Virus record (IMG/VR): IMGVR_UViG_3300037424_000845
Location: 1-44,312 of that record
From: a virus
Lineage: Duplodnaviria; Caudoviricetes
DNA length: 44,312 bases
Direction: 5' to 3' (one strand)
Part shown: positions 26,606 to 34,970 of the stretch, piece by piece
Numbering within the stretch: position 1 is the first letter of the stretch
Layout: the number at the start of each line of letters is the position of its first letter
Position numbers and translations under genes: made by a program
The notes under the pieces: generated by a model
The model's database searches: none
What the model was told of the DNA's origin: nothing
Seen by the model: the letters and a program-made list of their open reading frames with translations, nothing else

Positions 26606-27510
26606 TTGAACATCTTCCTGCGTGCCGCCGCGGCAAGTTGCACGTCAGCGTTGTTTGGACCGGGCGTGAAGCACGCTGGAACGATGTCAGCGGCACGATC
26701 GATCTTCGGTGGCAACAGGCCATGGCGCTCGGCTGAGTACATCCTGATCTCCGCCGCCATCTCGGGCGGGATGTTGTAGCAGTTGCGCCCAATGTCGTCG
26801 TAGTTCCAGATGTTGCCGTCAAAGTCGATGTGCGTGACCTCGATTCCGGGGTGAACCCAGACCTTGAATCCGGCCTCGCGCGCCATGTTGCAGAAATAGG
26901 CGTCCTCGCTCGCTCCGCTCTCGTGATGGCGGAACAGCATGGACTCGTGGTTGTTCTCTACCTGCTTGATGTGCTCCCACGTTCCAGCCAAGCACGCCCG
27001 CTTGATCAGCACAGCCGCGAACCCCGATGCCGCTACCGGGTAGGGTGGTTTCGATACCTTCCCGCTCCCATGGCACTGCCAGCACCCGACCTTGGGGGTT
27101 CCGGATGTGTCGGCGTTCATGCACTCCGGGACGGGACAAGGCAAGAACCCCAGGTTGAGCTTGTCAGGGTCCTCGAAGCACCACACGGCGGGCTCAGCTT
27201 TCAGGTCCTTTTTGAACCCGACACCACAGATGCAGTCCTTGTCGGCCTCGATCATCGCGACGAGCGTCTCGGGGCCTACGACCGAATCGTCGTCCATCAT
27301 GAAAAGGTGCGTCCACTCGGTGTTGGGGTCGGTCAGCATACGCGCGGCAAGTAGCGTTCGAGCGGAGTCAATCTCCATCCCGGGGGCGATCATGATTCCG
27401 AACAGGGAATCGGCGGGACGCACCAATCGGTCAAACGCCAACGCGACTTGCATGTCGCATCGGTGCTCGTACCAGGGCAATCCGATCACGATTTTCCGCT
27501 TGAACAACAT
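26602..27510 (-). CDS. Glycosyltransferase, GT-A/GT2-like
   Basis: IVIGLP, SART, HLFMMDDD, GFAAVLIKR and SEDAYFC..AREAGFKVWVH...VTH motifs. Confidence 0.85.
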   Translation of the reverse strand: MLFKRKIVIGLPWYEHRCDMQVALAFDRLVRPADSLFGIMIAPGMEIDSARTLLAARMLTDPNTEWTHLFMMDDDSVVGPETLVAMIEADKDCICGVGFKKDLKAEPAVWCFEDPDKLNLGFLPCPVPECMNADTSGTPKVGCWQCHGSGKVSKPPYPVAASGFAAVLIKRACLAGTWEHIKQVENNHESMLFRHHESGASEDAYFCNMAREAGFKVWVHPGIEVTHIDFDGNIWNYDDIGRNCYNIPPEMAAEIRMYSAERHGLLPPKIDRAADIVPACFTPGPNNADVQLAAAARRKMFK

Positions 27511-27522
27511 CGGTAGGCCCTT

Positions 27523-29274
27523 TCATCTCATCGATAGCGCACGCTGCTGTGGCGCGACGACTTCGCGAACCAACACGCGTGACGCCTGGATATCGTTTCG
27601 GATCACTTCCACGATCCCGCCGGGAAGAACGCCGGTCACGTTGACCGCAAAACTGGGTTGCGTGGCTGCGCCGATCGAGCGTTTCGGAGTCGATCCGCTG
27701 TCCGAGCGACTGCCAACCCTGTTGATCACGCCGAAGATGCCACTCCTTCCGCCGATCTTGAAGATCGCGCGAATAGCCGTCCCGAGCAGACCTCCAAGCA
27801 CTTCGTTGATGAGGTAGGACTTGATGAACTCGCCGAGTTCGCGAACGCCCTGCTTGCCGCGCGTAAAAGCATTCGCGATGCTCACACCGAGCGAGTCAGC
27901 GACTCGACCGAGGTGCTCTGACCACTTGTTGGTCTGCGCCTCGATGTCGTCACTCACACCGCGCAGATCTATGTCAGCGTCGGCCGAGTCGGGCGAAATC
28001 CCGCGCGCCTTGCTACGCCGAAACTCGAAGTTCTGAAAGCCCCATCTGTCCTCGAAGTTCGGCGCCATGAACCGTGTGGTTTGTCGGTTCGCCCAGAAAT
28101 CGAAGCCGGTCGGAACCGATTGACCAGGAGATCGCCACGACCACGGGCCGTTATCCGCGACGGTCGGCCCGAGCTGCGATAGCACAGCACGGAGCATGCT
28201 CGGATCGAAGATTTTCGGAAGCTGGAACGCGTCAAACATTGCTTGCTCAGCGGCCGACGCACGAGGCGATGCGAACGGACTGCGGCCCATCGTGGGGCTC
28301 GACATGAGTTCCATGAACTTCGCGAGCGGCCCGATGAAGGGCTCGGCGAGTGATTGCTTTAGCCCGGCGAATGCCGTTGAAATGCGTGTAACGGACTTCG
28401 CGTATTCCTCAGCGTTCTTGAGCGACCTTGCTCCGATAATGCCGTTGAACGACTCCAGTTCTTCCTTGCTGCGCGCGATCGCTTCGACTCCGCCCTCGAA
28501 AAACGTCGCCATGTCGCGGCCTGAATTACCGAGGATCTTCATCAGCGCGCCGGTTCGTACGCCCTCATCGGCGATCGTCGGGAGCACGCGCGCAAGGTCG
28601 TCCATAACCTGGGCAGCGGTCTTGATCTTTCCACTGGTGTCAAAGACCGAGAGCCCAAGCGCATTGAACGCTCGGCTGGCTTCAAGTCCTGTTCCTTGGC
28701 TGATATCGAAGAGCTGGCGCTGTAGCGTGGCAAGCGCGCTGTCGAGTTCCGTCGTCTCGACCCCAGCGAGTCTCGCGTGGTAGCGCCACACCTGGAGGTC
28801 CTTGGCGCTCACTCCGAGCTGGCGTGCGGACTTCGATAGTTCGTTGGTGGTCATCGCGACGGAGTGCGTGACGGCAATTGCCCCAGCGCCCACTGCGGCG
28901 ATACCTACTCCGATGCCAGCCGCCATCCCTGCGCGTGTGCCGAGAAACTCGCGCGCTTTCTTCAGCGACTCTCCGAGTCCGTCGAACGATGACGCGATTG
29001 CGCTTACGCGGGGAGGAACGAGTTTCAGGCGTCCCGTAGCGTCGATGAAGTCGGACATCGACGCCTTGGCTTCCTTGGTTTTTTTGGTGGTCTTGGCGGT
29101 CGCATCGGCGGTTTTCTTCATCGGAGCCGACCCGGTGTCGACGCCGACAAGTGCGGTACGTGCCTTTCTGGCCTCGCGGGCCAGGTTGTCGAGTCGGTCA
29201 CCAAGGAGCTGCAACGCGCGCTGCGCCTGGGTGCTCTTCATCTCGATCTTGATTACCGCGTCGCGGTCCGCCAT
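27523..29274 (-). CDS. Tape measure protein
   Basis: Ala-rich helical 583 aa protein; ELSKSARQLGVSAKDLQVWRY.A..AGV and AFNALGLSV.D motifs; follows the chaperone. Confidence 0.9.
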   Translation of the reverse strand: MADRDAVIKIEMKSTQAQRALQLLGDRLDNLAREARKARTALVGVDTGSAPMKKTADATAKTTKKTKEAKASMSDFIDATGRLKLVPPRVSAIASSFDGLGESLKKAREFLGTRAGMAAGIGVGIAAVGAGAIAVTHSVAMTTNELSKSARQLGVSAKDLQVWRYHARLAGVETTELDSALATLQRQLFDISQGTGLEASRAFNALGLSVFDTSGKIKTAAQVMDDLARVLPTIADEGVRTGALMKILGNSGRDMATFFEGGVEAIARSKEELESFNGIIGARSLKNAEEYAKSVTRISTAFAGLKQSLAEPFIGPLAKFMELMSSPTMGRSPFASPRASAAEQAMFDAFQLPKIFDPSMLRAVLSQLGPTVADNGPWSWRSPGQSVPTGFDFWANRQTTRFMAPNFEDRWGFQNFEFRRSKARGISPDSADADIDLRGVSDDIEAQTNKWSEHLGRVADSLGVSIANAFTRGKQGVRELGEFIKSYLINEVLGGLLGTAIRAIFKIGGRSGIFGVINRVGSRSDSGSTPKRSIGAATQPSFAVNVTGVLPGGIVEVIRNDIQASRVLVREVVAPQQRALSMR

Positions 29275-29421
29275 CTATAGCCTCGGTCCTAAGTTCGCCG
29301 CCGCCTTGACGAGTTCCAGCGCCTCGAGCGCGCTGGCGCGATACGCCCAGTGCGTTACGCTCCCGCCGTACTCTCTGACGAGGAAGGCGATGAGCTCTGC
29401 ATCGCCAAGCCCGCGTTTCCC
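29275..29421 (-). CDS. -1 frameshift extension (GT product) of the tail assembly chaperone
   Basis: Slippery GGGAAAC at 29421-29415. The -1 frame reads RGLGDAELIAFLVREYGGSVTHWAY...GPRL and stops immediately before the tape measure ATG. Confidence 0.8.
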   Translation of the reverse strand, partial: GKRGLGDAELIAFLVREYGGSVTHWAYRASALEALELVKAAANLGPRL

Positions 29422-29897
29422 GAGTCAGTGCCCCCACCGGAAACCACCGACTCAAAGAACGCCTGAATGTCGCGTGTGATCGGGGTCAGGTCGTTGGTGT
29501 CGAGATTGAACATGAGTTCGTCGATCTCGGCCTGAGCGTGCGACTCGAACCCGTCGGCCTGCACCGCCCGGATGAACGCCTCGTCCTTGCCGTGGCGGAA
29601 CAAGATGATCATGTTGGCGATCGACACGAGATCGTCGGACGCGTCATCGACCCGCTTCAGCAGCCGCAACGCCGCCAAGCACGGCGGTCCGAAGCGGAAC
29701 CGACCGATGCGGATCTCGTTCTGCGTCATCCGATCGAAGTCGGTCGGGATTTTGGGTTGATCCTTCGACTCCGAACCACCAACCGACTCGGGATCCGGTG
29801 GGTTGTCATCAAACCGCTGCTTGAACGCCATGACACGGGCGAGGTCCTGATCGGGGATCTCGTCCGCATTCCGTACTGCCATGCCTTCGATCTGCAT
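29355..29897 (-). CDS. Tail assembly chaperone (G)
   Basis: Lies between tail tube and tape measure and carries the slippery site near its 3' end. Confidence 0.8.
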   Translation of the reverse strand: MQIEGMAVRNADEIPDQDLARVMAFKQRFDDNPPDPESVGGSESKDQPKIPTDFDRMTQNEIRIGRFRFGPPCLAALRLLKRVDDASDDLVSIANMIILFRHGKDEAFIRAVQADGFESHAQAEIDELMFNLDTNDLTPITRDIQAFFESVVSGGGTDSGNAGLAMQSSSPSSSESTAGA

Positions 29898-29914
29898 GAG
29901 GCCCGTCCTTTCGC

Positions 29915-30646
29915 CTAGGTCTGGTTCGCGTCACCAGGGAAGTAGAACAGCGCGTCGTCCTCGTCGCGAATATCCGTGCTGAAGTCGACGCCGAACGTAG
30001 CGGCTTCGCCACGCGACGTTCCGAACGACAGGTCCCCTTCCCACTCGCAGCTCGCCAGCTTGGCCCCAAAGCCCCCGGGAAGCCACTGACGCCGATCGGT
30101 GTCGTACGCCTTCAAGTAGGCCTGGATCCCGAAGCTCCCGCCGATCGTGACCGGGCTCACCTTCACGGTCCGACCCGCCACGGTGTCGGTCCAGAAATAG
30201 GTCACGTAGACGCTCGAGCTGTTGAGCGAGGAATCGATCGTGATGGTGCGCCCGCTGATCGCGTACTGACCCGAGCCGGGGACGCCGGTCGTGGCGTTGT
30301 AGATCTTCCCGTTCGTGTCGATGATGCGAACCGCGAGGGCTGTGTAGGGGGTGCTGACCAACACGCCCGAGCTGGCCGCGATCACGAGCGGGATTCGCTC
30401 TTCGGCCTTGATCCCGCCGAGCGTCGTGGCCGTGCCGAGGAACGACGCCAGCACGCCGGACCGCAAGTCACGGAACCCGACACGGCCTTTGAGATCCAAC
30501 GAAATCGGGATCTTGCTCATGCCGAACGTGTCGCCCCTTGGGATCTCGAGCGTCTGCTTGGCCAGCGTGAATCCGATTTCGGCCTGGTCGTAGAACTCCA
30601 CGCCGTTGGTCGTGTCGAAGCACGCCCCGATGCCGATCATCTTCAT
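29915..30646 (-). CDS. Major tail (tube) protein
   Basis: Synteny, 243 aa beta-rich sequence, and no sheath gene in the module. Confidence 0.7.
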   Translation of the reverse strand: MKMIGIGACFDTTNGVEFYDQAEIGFTLAKQTLEIPRGDTFGMSKIPISLDLKGRVGFRDLRSGVLASFLGTATTLGGIKAEERIPLVIAASSGVLVSTPYTALAVRIIDTNGKIYNATTGVPGSGQYAISGRTITIDSSLNSSSVYVTYFWTDTVAGRTVKVSPVTIGGSFGIQAYLKAYDTDRRQWLPGGFGAKLASCEWEGDLSFGTSRGEAATFGVDFSTDIRDEDDALFYFPGDANQT

Positions 30647-30667
30647 AGCCCTAACCTCTAAGGCCCG

Positions 30668-31174
30668 TCAAAACCCGAACGCAGAACTCATCACCCGCTG
30701 AGGCTCGGACGCGAATACCGACACCGCGATCGACGCCTCTTGAAACAGCATGGAGCCCTCGGACCCGACCCTGCCGTAGCCATCGTTGGTCACGATGGCG
30801 AACACACACCGATTGCCGAGCGAGCGGTCCTCGGCGATCAACTCGTTGATCGCGTGAACGTAGACGCGAATCTGCCGAGACAGGATCGCGGGGTCGTTCC
30901 CGCTGATACTGACACCGACCTCGATCAGGTTGACGATCGACGCGGGGTCGGCGTCACCGTCGAGGTTGTCGGTGTCGCCCGCGATCACCAGCACCGCCGG
31001 GGTGCGAGGGAAGGCGAGTTGCTCGGATCGGTAGAACGCCGCCGGAGCCTCGGCCCGCGCCGCGCCAACCAGCCCCCATCGGTCATTGATCGCGACGAGT
31101 TTCGCCGCCAGGCTTGTTTCGATCACGCCGGCGAGCGCGTCGAGTGCGTCATCCATCAAGACCATGATGGCCAT
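30668..31174 (-). CDS. Tail terminator/completion protein
   Basis: TPAVLV and DRSLG motifs; synteny. Confidence 0.65.
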   Translation of the reverse strand: MAIMVLMDDALDALAGVIETSLAAKLVAINDRWGLVGAARAEAPAAFYRSEQLAFPRTPAVLVIAGDTDNLDGDADPASIVNLIEVGVSISGNDPAILSRQIRVYVHAINELIAEDRSLGNRCVFAIVTNDGYGRVGSEGSMLFQEASIAVSVFASEPQRVMSSAFGF

Positions 31175-31872
31175 CAGCGCCTCCTCGCGCGTCGGCCCTT
31201 GGGCGCGAACTCGGTCGGCTCACGTAGCGTGATTCCCTCGACCGCGTACTGCTGCGCCCACCGGATCCACTGCGTCACATCTTCCCGCGTCATCGCCGCC
31301 ACGCTCCGCATCGGATTCCCTGGGTGGTTGACCGCCTTGGTGCGACGCCAACCGCCCGTGGTGTAGAACTTCAGGAACGGCGCATTCTTTGCCGCGATCT
31401 TGTGGCGTTTCGTCCCTCGGTCGTGGATCTGCCACAACCGCGTATCCGACCCCTCGCGCGCGCGAAGCGATGATCCGAAGTACGCGCTATCCTTTCGGAT
31501 CACCTGGTAGTGGTGGGGGTGCGAGGGATCGCCAAGAGACAAGAACAGGTCCCCCGTCCTTACCTGGGGTTCATTGGGCAAGCCCATCTGTTGTTTCTTG
31601 GCGGTCGTATTGGGTCGTTGTCGCACCCACCGCTTTCCGCCACGCCCCCCCTTGGTCTTGAGCGTATCCCAGACGATTCCGCACCAATCGTCGTGAAGGA
31701 CGTTCAGATAGGGCCGCCAGTCCTTGACGCGCTGCATCATCCCAGAGGCACGCCCGGCGCGGCCCGGAGCATGGCCAACCGCCATCGCGATCGCATCCAT
31801 GCCGCGAGTCTCGAGCCGGAACATGCCGGTGGACTTGTTGAAGCCGAAGCGTCTGTCTGGCCCGCCGAACAT
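31174..31872 (-). CDS. Virion morphogenesis/neck protein (Mu G / HK97 gp10-like)
   Basis: RTGDLFLSL, IHDRGT and KAVNHPG motifs; basic protein. Confidence 0.7.
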   Translation of the reverse strand: MFGGPDRRFGFNKSTGMFRLETRGMDAIAMAVGHAPGRAGRASGMMQRVKDWRPYLNVLHDDWCGIVWDTLKTKGGRGGKRWVRQRPNTTAKKQQMGLPNEPQVRTGDLFLSLGDPSHPHHYQVIRKDSAYFGSSLRAREGSDTRLWQIHDRGTKRHKIAAKNAPFLKFYTTGGWRRTKAVNHPGNPMRSVAAMTREDVTQWIRWAQQYAVEGITLREPTEFAPKGRRARRR

Positions 31873-32324
31873 CAGAACTCCATGGCTCGAGTGACGAACG
31901 GGTCGTTCGAGGTGTCGGTTGGGTTGTTCGTCGCGTACGACGACGGCGACCTTGCCAGGGCCGCCGCGCCGTCATCCAGTCCGGGGATCGAAAGGTTCTC
32001 GATCCGGCCGAGTAGCCGCTGGTGCTCCGCCTCCATCTGAGTCGCGCCATCACTCTCGCCCGCGCCAGTCGCGAATCTTCGCATCGTATCGACGGCCGCC
32101 CCGATGGCGTTCGTCATCACGCACAGCTCCCAGGCATCCGGCTTGTCGTACTGCCAATCCTCGCTGGCGGTCACCCCGCGCGAAGAGAGTACGGAGCGGA
32201 TCTCTGAGGCGCGTTGACGAATAAACCCATTCATGGCCGTCGTGTCGTCGGCATCGAAGGTGCCGAGATTGCGAAGCCGCGCCATCACGTCGGCGGGCCG
32301 GCAGAATGACCACGCGTCAGACAT
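31872..32324 (-). CDS. Head-tail adaptor (Mu gp36-like)
   Basis: FC..ADV.ARL and ASEIRSVL pattern; directly after the capsid gene. Confidence 0.7.
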   Translation of the reverse strand: MSDAWSFCRPADVMARLRNLGTFDADDTTAMNGFIRQRASEIRSVLSSRGVTASEDWQYDKPDAWELCVMTNAIGAAVDTMRRFATGAGESDGATQMEAEHQRLLGRIENLSIPGLDDGAAALARSPSSYATNNPTDTSNDPFVTRAMEF

Positions 32325-32333
32325 CGAGCCCCC

Positions 32334-33317
32334 CTACGCGACAACTCCCGCGATCTTGTAGATGTGCGAGGTCGAAAGGATTTTCTCGTCGCACTCCTCG
32401 TACAGCTCATGCGCCATGGAGTCGTTCAACGACGGCTCCGGCCAGGTCCTGATCACCATCTCCTTCGAGACGAGCGTCCGCCCGAAGGTGGCAAACCGGC
32501 TGTTGGGTCCGTTGCTGCGCTCGTCCTGCACGACGAGGTAGGCGGCCTTTTCAGCCCAGATGAACCCATTGACGGCCGTCGCGCCCATCGGCGCGGAGTC
32601 GTAGACCGCATCGGCGACCACCACCCGAGGCAGACCAAACGCGCCGGCCAGAAGATCCGGCGTGATGTTCTCCATGGTGATCCGGTTGGTGTACTTGATG
32701 AGGTCGGCGATCTTCGCGGCGGCAGTCCCGGATGTCCCGATCTTGGCCTTGAACGCGCTCATCGTCGCGCCATCGATGACCAACATGGGCTTCCGGCCCG
32801 TCGTCTTGAGCAACACGTCGATCCCGATCTGGATCTGCCCGAACGGGTCGGCGCTGGTCGAGCTCCACTGCGCCGCGCCGCTCAGCGTGGTTGCAGCCAC
32901 GATCGCGGCGAGCTTGGTGTAGACCCGCAGCTCGCGCTCGATCAGCATCTTCTGCGTCAGGACTTGGATGCTTTCCGTCTCCGGGTCCATCGGCCCGACG
33001 GCGGCATTCCGCTTGTCCTGGTCCGACACGAGATCGGCGTAGCCGTAACCCACGGTTTTGAACGTGGTCGACGCGATGGCCCAATCGATGTAGTTGGGTC
33101 CGGCCTTGTCGGCACGGAACGCACCGGCCGGAGACCCCCGCTTCATCGTGTTGGCCGCCGGGTACTCGTAGCACACGCCGCTCATCGCGCCGAGCTGAGT
33201 CGGAACGGCGGGCATGATTTCACGCGCCTTAAAACTCGCCCCCTGGGTTGCGGCAAGCTCGACCGCGAACGCCGTCAACAGGGGGTCGACCACCAGCAAC
33301 TGGTTCGCGGTCGGCAT
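32334..33317 (-). CDS. Major capsid protein
   Basis: VDPLLTAFA, EIMPAVP, KMLIERELRV, QWSS..ADP and TFGRTL motifs of E-family capsids. Confidence 0.88.
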   Translation of the reverse strand: MPTANQLLVVDPLLTAFAVELAATQGASFKAREIMPAVPTQLGAMSGVCYEYPAANTMKRGSPAGAFRADKAGPNYIDWAIASTTFKTVGYGYADLVSDQDKRNAAVGPMDPETESIQVLTQKMLIERELRVYTKLAAIVAATTLSGAAQWSSTSADPFGQIQIGIDVLLKTTGRKPMLVIDGATMSAFKAKIGTSGTAAAKIADLIKYTNRITMENITPDLLAGAFGLPRVVVADAVYDSAPMGATAVNGFIWAEKAAYLVVQDERSNGPNSRFATFGRTLVSKEMVIRTWPEPSLNDSMAHELYEECDEKILSTSHIYKIAGVVA

Positions 33318-33350
33318 TCTGTATTCCCTCTAGGCCCGATCCGAATCCAC

Positions 33351-33734
33351 CTACACCTTCGGGACGTTCATGATCGACAGCATGATCTCCAGGTGCTCAC
33401 CCGTCGAAGCCGTGATGAGCGCGATCCCTGCCGAGTTGGTGCCCGTAACGGCCACGATGGCCTTTCCGGCCGCGTCGGTCGTCACGTACGAGTCGAACGG
33501 CACCACCGCGCCGGCAACGACCCGGCACATCCCGCTGCACTGCACATCCGCGGGTTCGTTCACCTTAGGGTCGTTCATCACGACGCCCACGATGGGAAGC
33601 GTGGTTGCGCTCGAGCACACGTTCACCGTGCCGTCTCCGGCGGTGACGAACGTGTATTGAGTCGCCTGAGTCGCGTTCGCCCACTTGCGCGAATAGGTCG
33701 CGCCCTCACCCGATACTGCCATGTCGGTTTCCAT
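33351..33734 (-). CDS. Capsid cement/decoration protein (DUF2190-like)
   Basis: IVGVV, VQCSG..RVVAG, VTTDAAGKAI, GIAL..A..GE motifs. Confidence 0.8.
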   Translation of the reverse strand: METDMAVSGEGATYSRKWANATQATQYTFVTAGDGTVNVCSSATTLPIVGVVMNDPKVNEPADVQCSGMCRVVAGAVVPFDSYVTTDAAGKAIVAVTGTNSAGIALITASTGEHLEIMLSIMNVPKV

Positions 33735-33755
33735 TCAGGCCCGAATCAGAACCAC

Positions 33756-34964
33756 CTACACCACGATCCCGAGCGCCCGCGCGCGCGCAATCGCCTGGAA
33801 ACGATCGTAGCGCTCCTTGAGCGCCGCGTTCGTGTTCAGCACGTGGATCTCGGCCGCCGCCGGCTTCATCCCGCCATCCACGTACACCTTTGCCGCCGCC
33901 TTGACGAGTTCCAGCACATCCTCGGGTCCCTCTTCGGGAACCAGACCGGTTCCGATGCGCGCCAACGTCTGCGCGGGCGGCAACGTCGCGAGATAGGCGT
34001 TGAAGTGATCATCCCCGAGGTCGAATTGCTTGGACGCGAACGTCCGATGCGCCGGAGCGATCCGCATGCAGGCGACGAGCCCCGAAATGGCGGTTTCGCG
34101 GCGCTCCGCGTGTCGCTGCTGCTTGATCTGATCGAGGTCCTCGCGCGCCGTGCTGAGTTCCGTCTTGAGCGTCGAGACGCTGCCGCGCAGCTCCGTCGCC
34201 TCGGTCCGGGAGAGCAACACGGGATCCGGGATCGCCTTGGCCTTGGTGAGCATCTCGGCGGCCTTCGCGGCGTCCAACCCGGCCGACTTCATCGCGGCGA
34301 TGACCGGCGCGACTTCGGCCATTTCCGCGCTTGCAGCCTCTCCGGTCGCCTTGAGTGCGTGGATCGACGCGATGATGTCCACCTCGTCGCCGATCCCCAG
34401 GGCGGCCCTGATTGCCTTTTCGTCCATCTCCATCTCCTTGGGCCTTACGCCCGATTGTCGAGTCGCAGCCAACGGGGCCATGCCCGCCAGGAACGGCTCA
34501 CTCGTCAACGCCAAGTTGAGCAACGTAGGCCCCATCGACTTGCCGGTCCTCGGATCCGGCCAGTCATCCACAAACACGGGGCTCACGCCCCAGTACTCTC
34601 CACGGTCGATCCTGCCGCGAGCTTCGTCGGTCCAATTCACCACGGCCTGCAACACCATCGAGCCATCCGAATCGGGGTGGTGGATGATTCGAAAGTTGTC
34701 GGCCCTGGGTTCGATATACCCGGATGCCTTTTGACTCTCCGGCACTGGCTCACCGAAAACGGTGTTGTGGTCGTAGTCGAACTTCACGCGGTTGCCATAG
34801 CCCACCACGTTACGGACCCACGATTCGAACGTCTCGGGGGTGAGGGTGAACGGTCCGCGTTGCGGGTGAACCCAGTCGCCGGTTCGCGCGATGTCGACCC
34901 ATCCGTCATTCGCTCGCAACGGGCCGATACTGAGCAGAACGGCGTTTGTCGGGAATGTCATCAC
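33756..34964 (-). CDS. Mu I-like prohead protease/scaffold
   Basis: FDYDH, KASGYI, VNWTDEA...I..GEY..VSP and ALTSEPFL.GM motifs; coiled-coil scaffold C-terminus with a possible internal start at MEMDEK. Confidence 0.9.
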   Translation of the reverse strand: MMTFPTNAVLLSIGPLRANDGWVDIARTGDWVHPQRGPFTLTPETFESWVRNVVGYGNRVKFDYDHNTVFGEPVPESQKASGYIEPRADNFRIIHHPDSDGSMVLQAVVNWTDEARGRIDRGEYWGVSPVFVDDWPDPRTGKSMGPTLLNLALTSEPFLAGMAPLAATRQSGVRPKEMEMDEKAIRAALGIGDEVDIIASIHALKATGEAASAEMAEVAPVIAAMKSAGLDAAKAAEMLTKAKAIPDPVLLSRTEATELRGSVSTLKTELSTAREDLDQIKQQRHAERRETAISGLVACMRIAPAHRTFASKQFDLGDDHFNAYLATLPPAQTLARIGTGLVPEEGPEDVLELVKAAAKVYVDGGMKPAAAEIHVLNTNAALKERYDRFQAIARARALGIVV

Positions 34965-34970
34965 GCCCTC

